10,391 nt of DNA from Chlamydiia bacterium (lineage in GTDB: Bacteria; Chlamydiota; Chlamydiia; Chlamydiales; 2-12-FULL-49-11): positions 1 to 10,391 of the forward strand of contig JBIKLZ010000034.1 in the NCBI GenBank assembly GCA_044359535.1, written 5' to 3'. The notes beneath the pieces were generated by a model. It searched no databases. It was not told where the DNA came from and worked only from the letters and a program-made list of their open reading frames with translations. Below, one piece after another: positions 7,204 through 10,391 of this stretch; the first letter of the stretch is position 1; each line of letters begins with the position of its first letter. The position numbers were made by a program, and so were the translations under genes.

Positions 7204-7261
7204 AAATCCGCCTATTCATTTTTAATAAATAAGAATTCATGATAAAATAAAAGGGCGTTTT

Positions 7262-7277
7262 AAAAGAGGGCTCTTTT
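7262..7277 (-). terminator. Short hairpin after the PspC-domain gene
   Basis: AAAAGA-GGGC-TCTTTT inverted repeat a few nt past the stop at 7282. The stem is weak. Confidence 0.3.
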
Positions 7278-7281
7278 GGAT

Positions 7282-7686
7282 TTAAATTTCGTTGTTTATA
7301 GGTTCTTCTGGAATAATATAGGAAGCAATCGCATACACAATTATTGAAGCAAAAAAGGTCATAAATGTAATTACCACTAGAATCAAACGTATGATGTTAG
7401 AATCCATATTTAGGTATCGACCAAAACCTCCGCAAACCCCTGAAATCCGTCTATCTCTTCTTGATCGGAACAATTTTTTATAATGTGCAACAATATAAGA
7501 TTTAGGGCCCAAAGGAAAAAAGAGCCAACATAAAAGATAAATAAGGATAAAAATCCCTCCAGAAAAAAAGGTAAGGAGGATCCAGATTAAACGGATAATA
7601 GAAGCATCGAGAGAAAAATATTGAGCAAGACCTCCGCACACTCCAGCTACTTTTTTATCAAATCTATCTCTATAAATTCTGCTCAT
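7282..7686 (-). CDS. Tandem PspC-domain membrane protein
   Basis: Two PspC units: RIYRDRFDKKVAGVCGGLAQYF..IIRL and KLFRSRRDRRISGVCGGFGRYL..IIRL, each followed by a TM hairpin. Ends IIPEEP. GAGG upstream. Starts 16 nt after the pseudouridine synthase stop. Confidence 0.92.
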   Translation of the reverse strand: MSRIYRDRFDKKVAGVCGGLAQYFSLDASIIRLIWILLTFFSGGIFILIYLLCWLFFPLGPKSYIVAHYKKLFRSRRDRRISGVCGGFGRYLNMDSNIIRLILVVITFMTFFASIIVYAIASYIIPEEPINNEI

Positions 7687-7702
7687 AACAAAAAAACCTC
7701 GA

Positions 7703-8530
7703 TTAATTCATAATGTTAAAAAATTCTTTAGGAATAGGGGAAATAAAGCTCATCGTCTTTCCAGATCTTGGGTGGGTAAACTTTAAGGTATGTGCGTGAA
7801 GAAATAATGTCGAACCTTTTTTATCACTTCCATAACGGCTATCCCCAAGAAGGGGGTGGCCAGCAGCTGAGGCATGAATCCGTATTTGATTTTTTCTTCC
7901 CGTCTCTAGTTGACATTTAACATAACTATAACGCCCTTTAATCCCTTTTTTAACAGAAAAATGGGTGATTGCTTCTACACCCTCATCGTCAACAACCATT
8001 TTCATATCAAAACTTTCTTTAATATGGGATCTCCATACTCCTGACTTTTCTTTAGGGATATCGTGAAGAATAGCAACGTACTGTCTTTCTACTGTTTTTG
8101 ACTCAAATTGCTTTCTAAAGGACTCTTTTGCTTCTCTAGACAGGGCAAAAGCCATAACTCCGGTTGTTTCTCTGTCTAACCTATGAACAGGAAAAACAGC
8201 GCCGTACCTTTTTTTTAAGGTTGCATGAACCGAAGATCCGGGGTTATGATCTGCATCCACAGATAGAATAAATGGGGGTTTTTCTAGGACAATAAGATCA
8301 GCATCCTCATAATATATAAGAAGATCCATCACAAAATTAGGCTTTTTTAATAAAGAAATTTTTTCGTTTTTCTCAAGCTCTACATCCTCAGTTTCTAAAA
8401 ATGTATTTCTCATTACACGTCGTTGGTTTAAAATTTTCTTTAATTTACTTTTTGAAAAATCAGGGTAAAATTTCTTTAAAACTTCGTATAAACGAATCTT
8501 TTCATTTATAAGGGTATGTGTTTCTATCAT
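7703..8530 (-). CDS. RluA/RluD-family RNA pseudouridine synthase
   Basis: YEDADLIVLEKP, catalytic HRLDRETTG, AITHF, LETGRKNQIRIH, GHPLLGD.RYG, LFLHAHTLKFTHP. Probable S4-like N-terminus. Start placed at ATG 8530 (alternatives 8557, 8569). Confidence 0.93.
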   Translation of the reverse strand: MIETHTLINEKIRLYEVLKKFYPDFSKSKLKKILNQRRVMRNTFLETEDVELEKNEKISLLKKPNFVMDLLIYYEDADLIVLEKPPFILSVDADHNPGSSVHATLKKRYGAVFPVHRLDRETTGVMAFALSREAKESFRKQFESKTVERQYVAILHDIPKEKSGVWRSHIKESFDMKMVVDDEGVEAITHFSVKKGIKGRYSYVKCQLETGRKNQIRIHASAAGHPLLGDSRYGSDKKGSTLFLHAHTLKFTHPRSGKTMSFISPIPKEFFNIMN

Positions 8531-8539
8531 AGTACAAAT

Positions 8540-8595
8540 AGTATATCTCTTTTTCATATAACTTGACAAGAGATTGAAATCGAGCTAACTGTCAA
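8540..8595. promoter_or_regulatory. Overlapping divergent promoter region
   Basis: Plus strand TTGACA 8563-8568. Minus strand TTGTCA (8569-8564)-18 nt-TATACT (8545-8540). A second minus-strand TTGACA at 8595-8590. Confidence 0.5.
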
Positions 8596-8599
8596 TTCT

Positions 8600-9067
8600 A
8601 TGAATAAAGCCATTAAATACCTTTCAAATTTTGCCTACAGCATAGGTTGTGCAGCCCTTTATTTAACATCCCTTTGGATCATCATTGCTGCTATTATTGG
8701 AGTTGTGTTTGATTTAAAAAACTCAGCATTTACCCTCTATAAACTTTTAGATGATGTGGCGTTAATTGTCTTTTCTATCGCTGTGATTGATGTGTCCAAA
8801 TATCTAATGATCGAAGAGGTCTTAAAAGAGCATGATCGATCCCCAAAAGAGGCTAGACATGCCTTTACAAAATTTGTTTTGATTATTATAACAGCGTTAT
8901 CTTTAGAAGCTTTAGTTATTACCATAGAGTCAGTAAAAACCGATATAAGTAAGCTGATCTATCCAATTTTCATGTTTTTGACAGCCACTTTACTCATTAT
9001 TGGTTTGGGTATCTACCAAAAATTAAATGCCTCCTCTGAGGAATCTAGTTCACATCGAAAGAATTAA
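8600..9067 (+). CDS. Hypothetical 4-TM membrane protein (PsiE/YqhA-like topology)
   Basis: 155-aa ATG ORF with four hydrophobic helices and a charged loop DVSKYLMIEEV..EARHAFTKF. Family resemblance is from recall only. Confidence 0.75.
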   Translation: MNKAIKYLSNFAYSIGCAALYLTSLWIIIAAIIGVVFDLKNSAFTLYKLLDDVALIVFSIAVIDVSKYLMIEEVLKEHDRSPKEARHAFTKFVLIIITALSLEALVITIESVKTDISKLIYPIFMFLTATLLIIGLGIYQKLNASSEESSSHRKN

Positions 9068-9992
9068 TAAAGTTACTTGCGCTATGTAATTCATCATCGG
9101 AAAGATCCTTTTTAGACATGACCTCTAATTTATAAATGGTTGTTTTTACAAGGATTAGGATCCCTTTAGTTTGTCCGCTCCCTTTATTTTTTACTAAATA
9201 AGTCATTGCAGGGTGTTTGCCATGTTTAATGAATTTTTTAGAAACAATCATCCCTTGATGTTCCTCAATGGGTTTAGAAAGGGCTTTAAAAAGATAGTTG
9301 CTCCCAAGCAGTGTCCATGATGAGGGGATTTTTGTAGAAACAAGAGAATAGGAGACTTTTGCATCATGTAGATACTCTTTTACATCAAGTTTTGTATCCT
9401 TTTCTTCTACATGAATTTCTTTTTCTATAAAAGTCGGTGTTTCAGGAAAATAAATAGAAAATTTTAAATGTGAATCTTTAATTTCTACCCAATCGGTTAG
9501 GGTTATTTCACTTTTTGAAAACAAAATAAGGTGATTTTTCCAAGAAGAGGGGGTGTAGATAAAAAAGAGAAGGGAAAACAGGGTTATCAAAATAACATGT
9601 TTAAACAGTTTTTTCCGTTGAACAATAACCACTTGAGCCCCTTGAAATAGATCCCAACGTTTAGATTGGCTTTCTTTAGATTCTTTTAGATAATAGCGTA
9701 AAAGAAAAATATTTAAAGGAGAGTAAAGAAGGGGGAGGACAAAAAATGCTTTTTTGAAAGCCAATTTTAAAGAGGATTGTAAAGGTAGTTTTTTAGAAAG
9801 TTTAATACCAAAAATCGATTTTCCTGGGGTGGTTTGAAAAAAGTAATAAAAAAGTCCTTCCAGTGGAGCATAAAGGGGGGGGATCAAAAAAAATATAATC
9901 GTTTTTATTAAAAAAGTAGGTTCAAAAGGGATGAATATCGCGTAAAATAAAAAATAATCAATTGTTCGAGCAAAAAGTCTTGTCCATTTCAT
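9045..9992 (-). CDS. RDD-family membrane protein with C-terminal soluble domain
   Basis: N-terminal RLFARTIDY and QTTPGKSIFGIK (RDD hallmarks), later RWD. An extra TM helix is followed by a hydrophilic domain of about 160 aa. Confidence 0.85.
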   Translation of the reverse strand: MKWTRLFARTIDYFLFYAIFIPFEPTFLIKTIIFFLIPPLYAPLEGLFYYFFQTTPGKSIFGIKLSKKLPLQSSLKLAFKKAFFVLPLLYSPLNIFLLRYYLKESKESQSKRWDLFQGAQVVIVQRKKLFKHVILITLFSLLFFIYTPSSWKNHLILFSKSEITLTDWVEIKDSHLKFSIYFPETPTFIEKEIHVEEKDTKLDVKEYLHDAKVSYSLVSTKIPSSWTLLGSNYLFKALSKPIEEHQGMIVSKKFIKHGKHPAMTYLVKNKGSGQTKGILILVKTTIYKLEVMSKKDLSDDELHSASNFINSFDVN

Positions 9993-9998
9993 GCCCTT

Positions 9999-10027
9999 AT
10001 TCTCTCAAAACATCAGGTTTTTTTCAA
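9999..10027 (-). promoter_or_regulatory. Possible sigma70-type promoter for the RDD gene
   Basis: TTGAAA (10027-10022)-17 nt-GAGAAT (10004-9999). ATG at 9992. Confidence 0.45.
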
Positions 10028-10043
10028 TCTTAAGAAAGTCTTA

Positions 10044-10391
10044 TCATAGGGATCTTTTAATTAAAGCTCCACCGAGACAAAGGTCATTTAAATAAAAAAC
10101 AATCGATTGATCAGGGGTAACAGCTCTTTGAGGTTCATCAAAGCGTATTTTTAACCCTCCGGAAACCTCTTCAACCATGCAGGGCACATCCTTTGATCGG
10201 TAGCGGATTTTTGCAGTGCACCTTAAAGGGAATAAAGGTGGGGTTTTAACCCAACTCTCTTGTGTAGCAAAAACAGTTGTTTTAAAGAGTTCTTTACTAT
10301 TTTCGCCCTGACATACATAGACTATATGATGAGTGATATCCTTTTCATAAACATACCACGCATCTCCCTTTCCCCCAATACCAAGACCTTT
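10044..10391 (-). CDS. mnmA: tRNA 2-thiouridylase MnmA, C-terminal 115 aa (truncated by window end, not in ORF track)
   Basis: Manual translation: KGLGIGGKGDAWYVYEKD..VYVCQG..CTAKIRYRSKD..FDEPQRAVTPDQSIVFY..CLGGALI. TGA at 10046-10044. Confidence 0.95.
   Translation of the reverse strand, partial: KGLGIGGKGDAWYVYEKDITHHIVYVCQGENSKELFKTTVFATQESWVKTPPLFPLRCTAKIRYRSKDVPCMVEEVSGGLKIRFDEPQRAVTPDQSIVFYLNDLCLGGALIKRSL

Noticed and set aside
8562..8597. CIRCE/HrcA operator
   Set aside because: The inverted repeat does not match TTAGCACTC-N9-GAGTGCTAA in sequence or spacing.
8737..8925. 62-aa minus-strand ORF
   Set aside because: Antisense shadow of the 4-TM gene.
1..10391. CRISPR array, IS/prophage, defence system, rRNA/tRNA, phase-variable tracts
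   Set aside because: No spaced repeats, transposase/integrase/nuclease motifs or RNA-gene signatures were seen. All intergenic gaps are about 105 bp or less. Homopolymer runs are short and in frame.

Overview
AT-rich, gene-dense bacterial chromosomal window, most likely from an environmental Chlamydiae-like intracellular bacterium (inferred from the NTT/TLC nucleotide translocase and the gene mix). In order: the 5' end of an unannotated minus-strand gene (1-111), a YheT-like alpha/beta hydrolase, a predicted outer-membrane beta-barrel, a delta-9-type fatty acid desaturase, an NTT translocase, adenylate kinase, a full-length glycerol-kinase homologue with degenerate active-site motifs, a tandem-PspC protein, an RluA/RluD-family pseudouridine synthase, a 4-TM membrane protein, an RDD protein and the 3' end of mnmA (not in the ORF track). 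I found no mobile element, CRISPR array or RNA gene. The best leads are: (i) the probable GlpK pseudoenzyme or neofunctionalised kinase next to adk and NTT; (ii) an anti-Shine-Dalgarno element with three competing pairings upstream of the desaturase; (iii) sigma70-type -10 boxes 6-9 nt before start codons, suggesting leaderless mRNAs; (iv) a possible host-lipid scavenging module. All four are hypotheses. The sequence alone does not prove a new system. All motif comparisons to reference proteins are from memory, not computed alignments.
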